From Deltaproteobacteria bacterium (GTDB lineage Bacteria; Desulfobacterota; Dissulfuribacteria; Dissulfuribacterales; UBA3076): a stretch of DNA of 64,000 bases. Below the pieces are notes generated by a model. That model was given only the letters and a program-made list of their open reading frames with translations, searched no databases and had not been told where the DNA came from. The stretch covers positions 2,188-66,187 of the forward strand of contig JAJSZR010000001.1 of assembly GCA_030262715.1 (NCBI GenBank). The letters run 5' to 3'. Shown here piece by piece: positions 38,519 to 49,330 of the stretch. Both the position numbers and the translations under genes were made by a program. Numbering within the stretch: the first letter of the stretch is position 1; each line of letters begins with the position of its first letter.

Positions 38519-38878
38519 TTTTTTACTCCTTTCTGGATAAATTTGTCCCAGCTTCTATGGTAGCGCATATAATATGTGTCGGTTTATTAACAGAAAATGT
38601 TTCCTTCCATATTTAAGATTTATGCTTGACGACCATCGGCGATATACGTTATTTAAGTTAGTCGAATCATAGCAAAAAAGTCCTGATGGGTAGTTTCCGT
38701 GTTTTCTTTGAAATCAAAAATCATGATATCATATAATTAGTCCTTTTGGCAAAGCTCAATCCAATCAAAGCTGTTCTCATGATCTATATTCTATTCAGTA
38801 AGCCACTATGCTGATATTGCATATTTGCCGGATCACAGTAATGTGTTTTGGTCGATAAGTTTTGGAGGGTTAAAATAT

Positions 38879-39658
38879 ATGTTTTTGGATGAAATTAAGA
38901 TTAGCCGCGCTATTTTGAGTCGTTTTATGGCCAAGTTCTCTGACTATCTTGAACTGGATGCCGCTATAGTAGGTGCTGGTCCATCAGGTCTAATGGCAGC
39001 TCTGCGTCTTGCCCGGAAGGGCCACAAGGTAGCTGTTTTTGAGAGGAAACTCAGTATTGGCGGAGGAATGTGGGGCGGTGGCATGATGTTCAATGAGATA
39101 GTAGTTCAAGAGCAAGGGGCTGCTATCCTTGAAGATCTCGGCATTTCTGTAGAGGATGCAGGAGACGGATATTACACAGCCGATTCTGTGGAGTGTACTT
39201 CAACATTAACCAGCCTTGCCTGTAAAGCCGGTGCCAGAATTTTCAATCTTATGACCGTAGAGGACGTGCTGGTCCGGGAGAACAAGGTCACCGGCCTGGT
39301 GATCAATTGGACTGCCGTGGATATAGCGGGATTCCATGTGGATCCCTTGGCTGTTAGGGCCAGATATATTGTAGAGAGCACCGGTCATGACACAGAGGTT
39401 CTCAGGGTTATACAGAATAAAACAGGCGCAAGGCTTCTCACAGATACGGGGAAGATAATGGGAGAGCGGTCCATGTGGGCACAGGTTGCCGAGAATACTA
39501 CGTTGGAGAATACCAAGGAGGCCTTTCCGGGTGTCTTTGTTGCTGGCATGGCAGCTAATGCCACCTTTGGTTCATTTCGCATGGGACCCATTTTCGGGGG
39601 CATGTTATTGTCCGGTGAAAGGGTAGCTGAATTGATAGATGAGAGGCTTAGCTCTTAG
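38879..39658 (+). CDS. thi4: thiazole synthase Thi4 (Cys-less, sulfide-dependent type)
   Basis: GGAGGG RBS then ATG 38879. AIVGAGPSGL, GGGMWGGGMMFN, and ESTGHDTEV where the suicide-type enzymes carry a Cys. Confidence 0.85.
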   Translation: MFLDEIKISRAILSRFMAKFSDYLELDAAIVGAGPSGLMAALRLARKGHKVAVFERKLSIGGGMWGGGMMFNEIVVQEQGAAILEDLGISVEDAGDGYYTADSVECTSTLTSLACKAGARIFNLMTVEDVLVRENKVTGLVINWTAVDIAGFHVDPLAVRARYIVESTGHDTEVLRVIQNKTGARLLTDTGKIMGERSMWAQVAENTTLENTKEAFPGVFVAGMAANATFGSFRMGPIFGGMLLSGERVAELIDERLSS

Positions 39659-39665
39659 AAAATAT

Positions 39666-39692
39666 ATAAGCTATAAGCTATAAGCTATAAGC
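39666..39692. repeat. tandem heptamer (ATAAGCT) x about 4
   Basis: ataagct ataagct ataagct ataagc directly after the thi4 stop. More low-complexity gct/taa-rich sequence runs to about 39830. Confidence 0.8.
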
Positions 39693-39845
39693 GTTTAGCT
39701 TTGAAAAATCAAGGTATTACGTTAATCAGGAAACACCTAATTTGTGAAAATATGTAATAGCAAAACGTTCTGCAATCATTAAACTAATAGCTAACCGCTA
39801 AAGGCTAATCGCTCAACTTACGTAGAAACAAGCCTTGCGTTATTT

Positions 39846-41252
39846 ATGTCAAAACCCTCATCAAAAGCCAATAAATTCAGTCGTAGAAAGGGGTTCCGCA
39901 AAAAGAGGCCCACTTTATCTGCACAGCCGGTCCAGCGGTTACCCGCTGAGCAACCCGATCTATTTAAGGATCTGGAACACCATCCCAGGATAATTCCACG
40001 TCCAGAACACTGTGTTAGCCGGAAAGATATAGATAGGGAGGCATTGAAGGTCCTTTACTGCTTGAAGGACAACGGCTACATAGCCTATCTTGTTGGCGGG
40101 AGTGTGAGGGACTTACTTCTTGGCAGGCGTCCAAAGGATTTTGATATCGGAACGAACGCCAGGCCGGAAGAACTGAAGAAGCTCTTTCGTCACAGCCGGA
40201 TCATAGGCCGGCGTTTCAGGCTGGTTCATGTGTATTTCCGAGGTGGGAAAATAATTGAGGTGTCAACCTTCAGGTGCCGGAGTGAACACGATGACCGGGA
40301 AGCTACAAGTGAAGGGATAGAGGACACCAATATCTTTGGCTCTCCCAAGGAGGATGCCTTTCGAAGAGACCTCACCATCAACGGGCTTTTTTACAATATC
40401 GCAGATTTCAGTATAATTGATTACGTAGGGGGCATGGCAGACCTTAAGCAGGGTATCATCAGGGTCATAGGTGATGATCCAGCACACAGATGTCTGAAGG
40501 ACCCTGTGAGGATGATGCGTGCTGTAAGACACGCGGCCAGGACGGGTTTTACAATAGAGACCAATACATGGGAGAGCCTGCTCAGGCACAGTGGTAAGAT
40601 TCGTCTTTGTGCGATTTCGAGGGTAAGGGACGAGTGGCTAAAGGATTTAAGTTCCGGATACAGCAGGGCATGGGCCGAGCTCATGATTAAAAGCGGGCTG
40701 TTTGCCTCGGTTTTTTCTGGTTATGCTTCAGCCCTTGAGAGTGAGGATAAGGGTCTGGTTCGAAAGCTGCTTTTTGGGCTTCTGGGGTATCTTGATCGTA
40801 TGGTAAATGACGGTGTTGAAGTCAGTGAGGCATTGATGTTGACTTTCTTTGTGTACCCCGGACTATGTGTAACACCGGAGTGGCAGGCTCTCAAGGTTGA
40901 GCGTCTGAAGTGGCCTACTCATGAAGTGAGATCCCTGTTGAGCGAAGTTCTCTCTCCGTATGACTTCAGGAGATCCGTAAGAGACGTAGCAGTTCAGATC
41001 CTGTCCAGCCAGTGGAATATTTCCATGTGTCTTTCAAAGGGTAAGTGGCCCAAGCGTGTTTGGAACAAGGCCACATTCCGGGAGTCTGTCATGCTTTATG
41101 ATTTAGTACAGGAGATCTTGGGGCAACCAGTTATTGGTCCTGATCCACATCTCCGTTCGGGACCAAAGCCTTTAAAGAAATCCCGCAGAAGGAAGCAGCG
41201 TCCTCAACGTATCAGGCATTTAATATCAGAATCTGAGGAGATCCACGTATGA
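39846..41252 (+). CDS. pcnB: poly(A) polymerase I / tRNA nucleotidyltransferase family
   Basis: YLVGGSVRDLLLG..PKDFDI nucleotidyltransferase core, then RRDLTINGLFY, and basic N- and C-terminal tails. Confidence 0.8.
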   Translation: MSKPSSKANKFSRRKGFRKKRPTLSAQPVQRLPAEQPDLFKDLEHHPRIIPRPEHCVSRKDIDREALKVLYCLKDNGYIAYLVGGSVRDLLLGRRPKDFDIGTNARPEELKKLFRHSRIIGRRFRLVHVYFRGGKIIEVSTFRCRSEHDDREATSEGIEDTNIFGSPKEDAFRRDLTINGLFYNIADFSIIDYVGGMADLKQGIIRVIGDDPAHRCLKDPVRMMRAVRHAARTGFTIETNTWESLLRHSGKIRLCAISRVRDEWLKDLSSGYSRAWAELMIKSGLFASVFSGYASALESEDKGLVRKLLFGLLGYLDRMVNDGVEVSEALMLTFFVYPGLCVTPEWQALKVERLKWPTHEVRSLLSEVLSPYDFRRSVRDVAVQILSSQWNISMCLSKGKWPKRVWNKATFRESVMLYDLVQEILGQPVIGPDPHLRSGPKPLKKSRRRKQRPQRIRHLISESEEIHV

Positions 41253-41683
41253 AGCTACATCAAAATGCCAAAGAGTTGGTTCTGATAGAAGTAGATGGGC
41301 TCGGACTGATAATGGGAGAGATCAGATACAACCGTCAGACCGAGACCGTTCTTTTTGCTCTGGAAAAGGCAGCTTTTTTTGATCTCTACTTCCCGTGTTC
41401 CGTGTTATATGATCAGCAGCGTGGTCCTGTTGTGCATCCCCACGTTCTCACAGCCATGACTGTATCCTCTATCCGAATACAGCGGAGCAGGGCATCCTTT
41501 TTTGTCGTGGAGTCAGACATTAATCCTAAGCTGATTCAGCAGTATCATAATCTGTTAAAGGCTGTCTTACTTAAGCAGGGTGTCTCCCCTCGGAAAATCA
41601 CTAAGGATCAAGGACCGGACCAACCTAAGCCCACCGGCGGCTCGAGAGTCATCACGCTTAGCGATCACAAGGAGAAAGACTAA
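41249..41683 (+). CDS. hypothetical protein, translationally coupled to pcnB (ATGA overlap)
   Basis: 144-aa ORF with no recognisable motif. Its start overlaps the pcnB stop. Confidence 0.4.
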   Translation: MKLHQNAKELVLIEVDGLGLIMGEIRYNRQTETVLFALEKAAFFDLYFPCSVLYDQQRGPVVHPHVLTAMTVSSIRIQRSRASFFVVESDINPKLIQQYHNLLKAVLLKQGVSPRKITKDQGPDQPKPTGGSRVITLSDHKEKD

Positions 41684-41688
41684 GGTTT

Positions 41689-42513
41689 ATGCTTTCTTTT
41701 CCGGATATTGATCCGGTAATAATCCGTATTGGTCCAATAGGTATTCGCTGGTACGGTCTTATGTACCTGCTCGGTTTCGGGGCCGCTTACCTGTTGGTGC
41801 GAAAGCAAATTTTTGAAGAGTGTCAAAATGTCCCTTCCGGCTCCCGATATCATGGGCCTTCCGCCGCATCTCAATTGAGTCAACTGGAAGGGCTTTTATT
41901 TTCTCTGGTTTTAGGGATTATTTTGGGAGGCAGATTGGGCTATGTGCTATTTTACAACTTTTCCTACTATCTTGAGCATCTTTTAGAGATATTTGCTGTA
42001 TGGCACGGAGGTATGTCCTTTCATGGAGGAGTGGCAGGAATTGTCTTTTCCGGATGGATATATTGTAAGAGTCATAGTTTAGATTTCTGGAAGTGGTCTG
42101 ATCGCTTTGTGGTCACAGTGCCAGTAGGCCTCGGTTTGGGACGTATAGGGAATTTTATTAATGGGGAGCTTTTCGGCTGTCCTGCAGATGTGCCCTGGGC
42201 CATGGTCTTTCCCCAGGGAGGGCTAGTGCCCCGGCACCCGTCTCAGCTTTACGAGGCCCTGCTTGAGGGGCTTTTGCTCTTTATCGTTCTATGGCCTCTT
42301 CGCCACAGAGCCTGGCCATATGGGAGGAAACTGGCCCTTTTTCTGGTCCTCTATGCCGTATGTCGTATAGTGGTTGAATTCTTTCGAGAACCGGATCCAC
42401 AACTGGGTTATGTCTTTTGGGGCTGGGTAACCATGGGGCAGTTGTTGAGCCTCGGGTTTCTTGTGTTTGGAATAATCCTCTGGTGGGCCAGAGGGAAGAG
42501 CGTCAGAGTATAG
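41689..42513 (+). CDS. lgt: prolipoprotein diacylglyceryl transferase
   Basis: [29 protein letters not shown] and HPSQLYEA. Confidence 0.93.
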   Translation: MLSFPDIDPVIIRIGPIGIRWYGLMYLLGFGAAYLLVRKQIFEECQNVPSGSRYHGPSAASQLSQLEGLLFSLVLGIILGGRLGYVLFYNFSYYLEHLLEIFAVWHGGMSFHGGVAGIVFSGWIYCKSHSLDFWKWSDRFVVTVPVGLGLGRIGNFINGELFGCPADVPWAMVFPQGGLVPRHPSQLYEALLEGLLLFIVLWPLRHRAWPYGRKLALFLVLYAVCRIVVEFFREPDPQLGYVFWGWVTMGQLLSLGFLVFGIILWWARGKSVRV

Positions 42514-43981
42514 GCCACTTCTCACAGCGGCCTAGAGCCAGCTCCAGGTTATACGCAACAGTGAGGAGCTTTGTTTCCTCAAAGTGTCCTGCCATTAGCT
42601 GAAGTCCTATGGGGAGCCCGCTGCTATTTAATCCGCAGGGCACAGAAATCCCAGGGATGCCTGCCAAATTTACCGGAATTGTAAAAATATCAGATAGATA
42701 CATCTGAAGTGGGTCGTCTGCTTTCTCTCCAAGCTTAAACGCTGTAGTCGGGGCAACAGGCGCAGTAATCACATCACATTGTTCAAATGCCTTTTTAAAG
42801 TCCCGGGTGATAAGAGTCCGAACCTGAGAGGCCTTTTTATAATATGCGTCGTAGTATCCGGCTGAAAGGGAATAGGTCCCTATCATTACTCTCCTCTTGA
42901 CCTCCGGGCCGAAACCCTGAGACCTGGTTTTTTTATACATATCCATGAGGTTTTTATAGTTCGAGGCACGTAATCCGTACTTTACTCCATCGTAGCGGGA
43001 GAGATTGGAAGAGGCCTCGGCAGGGGCGACAATGTAGTATGTAGCAACAGCATACTCTGTGTGAGGAAGGCTTACCTCCACCACTTTGGCTCCCTGGGAT
43101 TCCAGAGAGGAAACGGCTTGCTTAACGGTCTTTTCCACCTCCGGGTCAAGGCCTGGAATAAAATATTCCTTGGGAATTCCTAAAGTATAATTCTTAAGAC
43201 CTGGTATCAGAGAGCCGGTGTAGTCAGGTACGTCTCTGGGTACAGAGGTGGAGTCCCTGGCGTCATGGCCGGATATGGAGTTCAATAGCAGTGCGCAATC
43301 GGTAACGTCCCTTGAAATGGGTCCTATCTGGTCAAGTGAAGAGGCAAAGGCCACAAGGCCGAACCTCGATACCGTGCCGTATGTAGGTTTCAGACCTACA
43401 ACACCACAGTGTGAAGCCGGCTGACGTATCGATCCGCCTGTATCCGAGCCCAGTGAGCCTGCACAGGCCCTGGCAGCAACAGATGCAGCCGAACCACCGC
43501 TTGATCCACCAGGGATTCTTTCAAGGTCCCAAGGATTGTGGGTAGGATGATAGGCAGAGTTTTCCGTGGATGAACCCATGGCAAACTCATCCATGTTGAG
43601 TTTGCCCAGCATTACCGCCCCATGGGCCTCGAGCCTTTCCATTACTGTGGCATTATAGGGCGGCACAAAGTTTTCAAGTATTTTAGATGCACACGTGGTC
43701 CTTACCCCTCGTGTGCAGATAACATCCTTAATGCCCAGAGGAATTCCCGTAAGAGGAGTAACATCGTCTGCCTTTTTAAGGCGTCTGTCCGCTTCTTCTG
43801 CCTGGGTCAGGGCCTGATCGGCAGTCACTATCAGATAGGCCCTGATTTTTGGATCAACTTCACCTATCCTGTCCAGATAGGCCCTTGTGACCTCAACTGC
43901 TGAAACCTCTCTCTTGATGAGGAGGTCGTGAAGCTCATGAATGCTAAGATCGATCAGACTTGGCATCTTGTACTTGCTCAA
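42503..43981 (-). CDS. gatA: Asp-tRNA(Asn)/Glu-tRNA(Gln) amidotransferase subunit A
   Basis: Amidase signature GGSSGGSAA...[12 protein letters not shown]. Confidence 0.93.
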   Translation of the reverse strand: MSKYKMPSLIDLSIHELHDLLIKREVSAVEVTRAYLDRIGEVDPKIRAYLIVTADQALTQAEEADRRLKKADDVTPLTGIPLGIKDVICTRGVRTTCASKILENFVPPYNATVMERLEAHGAVMLGKLNMDEFAMGSSTENSAYHPTHNPWDLERIPGGSSGGSAASVAARACAGSLGSDTGGSIRQPASHCGVVGLKPTYGTVSRFGLVAFASSLDQIGPISRDVTDCALLLNSISGHDARDSTSVPRDVPDYTGSLIPGLKNYTLGIPKEYFIPGLDPEVEKTVKQAVSSLESQGAKVVEVSLPHTEYAVATYYIVAPAEASSNLSRYDGVKYGLRASNYKNLMDMYKKTRSQGFGPEVKRRVMIGTYSLSAGYYDAYYKKASQVRTLITRDFKKAFEQCDVITAPVAPTTAFKLGEKADDPLQMYLSDIFTIPVNLAGIPGISVPCGLNSSGLPIGLQLMAGHFEETKLLTVAYNLELALGRCEKWPIL

Positions 43982-43989
43982 TCAGCTCA

Positions 43990-44274
43990 TCAGATGATTT
44001 TTGGCACCACAAACCCCCCCCCTTCCTGTTCCGGTGCGTTGGAGAGCGTTTTCTCAACTGGCAAGGAGGGCTTTACCTCGTCCTTTCTAAAGGCATTCGT
44101 AAGTTCCAGGGCATGAGTGGTAGGCTCAACCTGGCTGGTATCCAGTTCTTCTAATTTGCTTATATATCCTAGTATGTCGTTTAGTTGTCTGCTGAAGCTT
44201 TCAATTCCAGATGGATCAAAGCTGAGCCGGGTCAAGTGGGCTACATGTTCAATTTCAGAGGTAGTTATCTTCAC
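43990..44274 (-). CDS. gatC: Asp-tRNA(Asn)/Glu-tRNA(Gln) amidotransferase subunit C
   Basis: GTG start 9 nt after AAGGAG. VKITTSEIEHVAHLTRLSF...LDT..VEPT is canonical GatC. The 133-aa ORF is an upstream over-extension. Confidence 0.85.
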   Translation of the reverse strand: MKITTSEIEHVAHLTRLSFDPSGIESFSRQLNDILGYISKLEELDTSQVEPTTHALELTNAFRKDEVKPSLPVEKTLSNAPEQEGGGFVVPKII

Positions 44275-44586
44275 GAACGTAGAATCTCCTTGGCACAGAT
44301 TGCACTTGGTGTCCTGTAGTATGATATTTTTACATAATTTACCACATGGCAGAATAAAACCCAATAGCACATGGCTTATTTCTCTTTCCATTCCTGCCCT
44401 AAAGCAAGCGAAAAATAAAGAAATTGGTTAAAAAAATTAAAGTCGATCAGATGTTTTGCCGATGATTTAAATACCTCCTCAGAATGGCTTTTCAAAGCCC
44501 TTCTTCTCCTCTTGTGGGGCTTCGGCTTAAACCCGCCGGGGCCTCCTTTTTTATGCCCATACAACACGATACCAAGTGCAGTCTGT

Positions 44587-44654
44587 TTAGCGTACGTCGC
44601 ATGGGCTGGAAAATTGAAGCAACGCAGCAGATGGGGTATTTTCAGCGGACTCAG
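44587..44654 (+). repeat. palindromic intergenic element, copy B (right half only)
   Basis: ttagcgtacgtcgcatgggctggaaaattgaagcaacgcagcagatggggtattttcagcggactca aligns to 21641-21708. It abuts the helicase stop. Confidence 0.75.
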
Positions 44655-44657
44655 TTA

Positions 44658-46442
44658 TTAAAAGAGTTTTTTCTGCCTCGGCCTTCGGGGTGCTTTGGGT
44701 TTTTGGGCCTGTTCTCTTACCATAAGTCTTTCAGGGATATCAGCAATAAAAGGGCTTGGGCCGCCATGCATCATCTGTCCAAAGAGCCTTCGGTGTTTCA
44801 CATGGCTTATGTATATCTCTTCAGATGCCCTGGTAAGGGCTACGTAAAAAAGTCGCCTCTCTTCTTCTGGATCTGCTTCTTTCCATGGGAGTATCCCTGC
44901 TTCACATCCGATTAGGAAGACTACCGGGAACTCAAGGCCCTTGGCCGCATGAATCGAAAGCAGGGACACGGCTTCTATGTTGATATCCAGCATGTCGGCC
45001 TCGTCACGAAGCAGGACTGCAAGGGAGTCCACATGCGGATGTCTCTTGACGGCACGCGCAAGGGCCCTGAGAAGAGGCCTGTTTGGGTCGAGATCAAGAA
45101 TATCGATTATGTAACTCAGGAGTTGAGGCCCATCTTTGCCCTGGAGGCCCGGTTTTAAGTCCAAAAGTTTTCTGTTCCAAAAATCCTTACCCCCCGGGAG
45201 TTTTGCCAAATGATACCGGACAGTTCGTCCCTTCAGGGCTTCCCAGAGGCGCCATATAGAGCGAAGTTCTTTTTGGGCAAGCGGATCAGGGGTGTCTGCC
45301 CGCTGAAAGGGTATCCCTTGTCTTGATAGCGCCTCGGCAACCGGGTTTCCCAATGCCTTGGTCCTGAAAAGTACTGCTATATCTGAAAGGCTTCTCAGGG
45401 TGTTACCACCGGCAGCGCCGCTGTCAAGTGAAGCAAAGCTGAGTCCCCCTACTATCTGTTCAATGGTCCTTGCCATCCATTTTGCCTCAGCCGTGGGATC
45501 TCCAAAAGGTTTAATCCTGATTTTCGGCGTCCTATCCTTGACAGATTTCAGACGGACAGCCGATCTGTCTCCTGTGATACTTGTTGCAGCATCGAGAAAT
45601 ACCTGGGGACACCTGTAGACAGTATCCAGAACCACGGTTTTTACGTCCTTAAAATCCATGCTGAAACGATGAATGAATTCAGGGCTTGCGCCTCTGAACC
45701 CGTAAATGGCCTGGTTGGGGTCGCCGATTACTGTGATATTTCCGTCTTTTCTTGCCATGGACTTGATCAGGGTATACTGGGCCGGACTTATGTCCTGGAA
45801 TTCGTCTACCAGAACAAAGGGAAAGTCCCTATAGAATTTGGCCCTGATTTCAGTAAGTTCGAGGAGCTGCAAGGTCTCCAGGAGAAGGTCGTCATAGTCC
45901 CAGAGACCGTATCTTTCAAGGAGCCCGTGATAAGTCTGATACAGGGCCTTCAAGTCTTCGTCTCCATTCATCCTTGGGGGGAAGTGCTGCTTGGCCTTTG
46001 AGATACGTTCATAAAGTCCTTGCGGTTTTGCATTTGATAACCCCAACTCCCTTGCTGCCTCCCTGCAAAGGTCCCTGGCATCTTTCTCGTCTATGGGAAG
46101 ACGCGCGTCTTCACCCAAGATTTCTTTTAAAAATCCAAGTGCCCAGCCATGAAATGTGCTTACTCTGGGAGTTGTTTGCCTATTTTGTTTGTGCTCTGTG
46201 GAGGATTCGCTGTATAAGAGCCGGGATACGCGCCCGGAGATCTCCTTTGAGGCCTGGTTGGTAAAGGTCATGGCAAGTATCTGTTCAGGTCTGGCAGTGC
46301 CTGTTTCTATCAGGTGTCCGATTCGGTAGCTGAGGACCCTGGTCTTGCCTGTGCCGGGTCCTGCAACAACAAGAAGTGGGCCGACTCTGTGTGTTACGGC
46401 CTTAAACTGAGTTGGATTGAGATCTGAAGACCAGTCAATCAT
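44658..46442 (-). CDS. UvrD/Rep/PcrA-family DNA helicase (short, 594 aa)
   Basis: LNPTQ..AV, Walker A AGPGTGKT, DEFQD, a YRCPQ-type block, and C-terminal VALTRA. Confidence 0.8.
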   Translation of the reverse strand: MIDWSSDLNPTQFKAVTHRVGPLLVVAGPGTGKTRVLSYRIGHLIETGTARPEQILAMTFTNQASKEISGRVSRLLYSESSTEHKQNRQTTPRVSTFHGWALGFLKEILGEDARLPIDEKDARDLCREAARELGLSNAKPQGLYERISKAKQHFPPRMNGDEDLKALYQTYHGLLERYGLWDYDDLLLETLQLLELTEIRAKFYRDFPFVLVDEFQDISPAQYTLIKSMARKDGNITVIGDPNQAIYGFRGASPEFIHRFSMDFKDVKTVVLDTVYRCPQVFLDAATSITGDRSAVRLKSVKDRTPKIRIKPFGDPTAEAKWMARTIEQIVGGLSFASLDSGAAGGNTLRSLSDIAVLFRTKALGNPVAEALSRQGIPFQRADTPDPLAQKELRSIWRLWEALKGRTVRYHLAKLPGGKDFWNRKLLDLKPGLQGKDGPQLLSYIIDILDLDPNRPLLRALARAVKRHPHVDSLAVLLRDEADMLDINIEAVSLLSIHAAKGLEFPVVFLIGCEAGILPWKEADPEEERRLFYVALTRASEEIYISHVKHRRLFGQMMHGGPSPFIADIPERLMVREQAQKPKAPRRPRQKKLF

Positions 46443-46451
46443 GATAGAGTT

Positions 46452-48161
46452 TCATTTCTTAGCCGCGTGAGGTTCTTTGAAGAGGTGGCGTTTGATCTTT
46501 CTGGTAGAGGTCTTGGGGAGTTCTTCATCTATCAAAGTGAAAGAATTGACCCTTTTGTAAGTAGCCAGCTTATTGTTTGCCATTTTGACTACTTTGGATA
46601 TGAGCTTGTGTACATCCTGATCGCTCAGGTGTTTTCCTTGAGAGTATTCGCCAATAACCTCGTAGTTAGGAACTATCACTGCACGGACTTCTTCCCCACT
46701 CCCTTTATTATGGCCATAGACCATTGATTCCAGCACATAGGGACTCTGGTTGATCCCGGCCTCTATCTCCTCGGGGTAGACGTTTTTCCCGGCAGGAGTG
46801 ACAATGAGGTTCTTGGCCCTCCCGCAGATGTATAGATAGCCTTTTTCATCCTGATATCCCAGATCCCCGGTCTTCAGCCAGCCGTCTGAGTCCAGCACCT
46901 CCCGCGTGGCCCCAGGGTCTTCATAATAGCCTTTCATAATCATTGGGCCTTTAAATGTAAGTTCCCCAACGCCAGTCTCGTCCGGTTCAAGTATCCTTGC
47001 TTCTACACCTGAAAGTGGTTTGCCTATGCTTTTATCCACTGGTCTATCCACAGGATTGAAGGTAAGCACCGGACTTGCCTCGGCAAGCCCGTAGCCCTGG
47101 AACATCTTGATCCCCAGCCACCTGAATTCCCTGGGGATTTTTGGCATAAGCGGGGCACCCCCAACCACCAGAAAGCGAAGGGAACCGAGCCCGGCCAGTT
47201 CTCTGATATCCTTGAAGAAGTAAGTGCCCAGGTTCTTTATACCCAGTTTTTCACCCACCTTGACTGCCTTTATAAGTATGTGAAATGCTTTTTCTGCAGC
47301 AGGTATGCGGTTAATGCCCTTATAGATTCCCTCCAGCATCTTCTGGAATAGCAAAGGGACACCGAACATCACAGTGGCCCGGCTGACCTTCAGGTCCTCC
47401 AGTATATAGCGGGACTTGAGACTCCGGGCAAAGGTGATTGTGGAACCGCTGTATATGGGAAGGAGAAAGCCCGCGGTACACTCGAATGTGTGGTGCAGCG
47501 GCAGGACCGAGAGGAAGCGCTCCTGCTTGAATTCCATTACCTGATGGCAGGCAGCTATATCAGAAAATATATTGCCGTGGGTTAGCATGACGCCCTTAGG
47601 CCTGCCGGTCGTCCCTGATGTGTAGATTATAGCGGCCAAGTCCTCTGGTACCCTGTGTGGTAAAGGGCCCTGTGCTCGTTGTCCTTGCCTGAAGAGTTCT
47701 TCAAAGGGCATTACATCTCTTGGGATGCCTTTGGCATCCAGGGTCATGGCTATCACCTGTTTTGGTTTTGGAAAGCCCTTGGAGGTATCGAGCACGCAGT
47801 CCAGGAATTTGGGAGCCACAAAGGCCATATACACCTTGGCCTCAGCCATTAGATGTAGTATCTCGTTTTCGGTTAACTGAGAGTCTATGGGTACACAGAT
47901 TCCGCCGGCAGAGGTAATGGCCAGATAGGCACTGGCCCATTCAGGGGAGTTTGGGCCAAGTATCGCGCATTTTCCGTTTTTGGGTAAACCATTAGCTATC
48001 AACCCCCTGGCCAAAGATTCAACTTTACTGCCAAGTTCATCAAAGGTGATAACCCTGTCTCCCCCAGGTTCTCTTGCAATAAGTGCGGGCCGGTCTCCAA
48101 ACTCGGCGGCCGAGTTCCTGAGCATCTCAGGCAGGGTCATTACTCTCTTGTTATTCTGCAT
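46452..48161 (-). CDS. long-chain acyl-CoA synthetase (AMP-binding family)
   Basis: IIYTSGTTGRPKGVMLTH, GYGLAE, TGDLGY.DE.GYL and a terminal K. The start is moved to MQNNKRVMTL (48161). Confidence 0.8.
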   Translation of the reverse strand: MQNNKRVMTLPEMLRNSAAEFGDRPALIAREPGGDRVITFDELGSKVESLARGLIANGLPKNGKCAILGPNSPEWASAYLAITSAGGICVPIDSQLTENEILHLMAEAKVYMAFVAPKFLDCVLDTSKGFPKPKQVIAMTLDAKGIPRDVMPFEELFRQGQRAQGPLPHRVPEDLAAIIYTSGTTGRPKGVMLTHGNIFSDIAACHQVMEFKQERFLSVLPLHHTFECTAGFLLPIYSGSTITFARSLKSRYILEDLKVSRATVMFGVPLLFQKMLEGIYKGINRIPAAEKAFHILIKAVKVGEKLGIKNLGTYFFKDIRELAGLGSLRFLVVGGAPLMPKIPREFRWLGIKMFQGYGLAEASPVLTFNPVDRPVDKSIGKPLSGVEARILEPDETGVGELTFKGPMIMKGYYEDPGATREVLDSDGWLKTGDLGYQDEKGYLYICGRAKNLIVTPAGKNVYPEEIEAGINQSPYVLESMVYGHNKGSGEEVRAVIVPNYEVIGEYSQGKHLSDQDVHKLISKVVKMANNKLATYKRVNSFTLIDEELPKTSTRKIKRHLFKEPHAAKK

Positions 48162-48346
48162 AGCTGTTGTCCCTATTCCAGACCTCGTTAAGTGGCTAAG
48201 TGCTTGAGTAGTTAAGTGGTTATTATTGTTTGAATTTATATCGTTTGCACAAAAAATGGACACTTGATGTAGTCGAAGGTCTAATATACTGATTTAACAT
48301 GCTTATTTTTCGACTCAACGACTCAACTATTCGACGCTCTTTATAT

Positions 48347-49300
48347 TCAGAAGACGGCCAGGAAGGCAACATACACGCTGTAAGAGAGTAGCAAGGCTGC
48401 CCCTTCCCATCGAGTCACTTTCATCCCAATCCTCATGACAGGCAATAGAACCAGGCTGAAGGCCATCAGTACGGGAAAATCCCGGTGGAGCATGTCCGGG
48501 TTTATATCAATTGGGGTAATACAAGCCGTGATGCCAAGTACGGCACACAGGTTAGATAGATTGCTCCCCACTATATTTCCCAGGATCAGGTCAGCCTGGC
48601 CCTTACGGGCCGCTGCCACTGTTGTGGCAAGTTCAGGCAGGGAGGTCCCTACGGCTGTCAGACTCAGGCCCACTATGAGTTCGGGTATACCCAGATACAT
48701 GGCAATGTTTTCAGCCCCCCAAACCAATGATTTGGAACCGATAACCAGCCCTGCCAAGCCCGCTATAACCAGTACAAGGTCAAACCAAAAGGAATCCTTG
48801 TCCCTGAGAGACTTTTCGAATTCTATTTGGAGTGTATAGGGCTTTTTTCGGCTGTGACGATACAAGGTCAGGCAATAGGCTATAAAGGTGATGAGTAAGA
48901 GCAGTCCTGCCGGGCGCCCCAGATGGCCTTTTGCTGCAAATGCCCATAGAGCCGTGCTTACCACTATTAATAAGGGTATCTCTATTTTGAGCATCCTTAG
49001 ACGGACAGACAGGGGAGTAAGCAAGGCCCCAAGCCCCAAAATCAGTCCTGTATTGGCTATGTTGCTACCCAAAAGGTTTCCCATGGTGATATCAGGCTTA
49101 CCGGAGAGGGCTGCAGACAGTGCCACACCCATCTCCGGGGCTGATGTGCCAAAGGCTACAATGGTGAGACCAATTACAACGGGACTTATTCTCCAAAGGC
49201 GAGCCATGCGTATAGCCCCTCTAATGAGAGCTTCGGCCCCACCGGAGAGGATAATCAGGCCTAGTATAAATGCTATGGTAGATAGTCCCCAGGATGGCAT
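48347..49300 (-). CDS. Ca2+/Na+ antiporter (CaCA/YrbG family)
   Basis: Two alpha-repeat motifs, GTSAPE and GTSLPE, in a 10-TM protein. Confidence 0.85.
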   Translation of the reverse strand: MPSWGLSTIAFILGLIILSGGAEALIRGAIRMARLWRISPVVIGLTIVAFGTSAPEMGVALSAALSGKPDITMGNLLGSNIANTGLILGLGALLTPLSVRLRMLKIEIPLLIVVSTALWAFAAKGHLGRPAGLLLLITFIAYCLTLYRHSRKKPYTLQIEFEKSLRDKDSFWFDLVLVIAGLAGLVIGSKSLVWGAENIAMYLGIPELIVGLSLTAVGTSLPELATTVAAARKGQADLILGNIVGSNLSNLCAVLGITACITPIDINPDMLHRDFPVLMAFSLVLLPVMRIGMKVTRWEGAALLLSYSVYVAFLAVF

Positions 49301-49330
49301 GAATGTTCAGAATCGGCTATGGTTTTTTCT

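Noticed and set aside
38519-38878. TPP riboswitch upstream of thi4
   Set aside because: No CUGAGA or conserved P4/P5 sequence was found by eye. It is kept only as a negative observation to verify with a covariance model.
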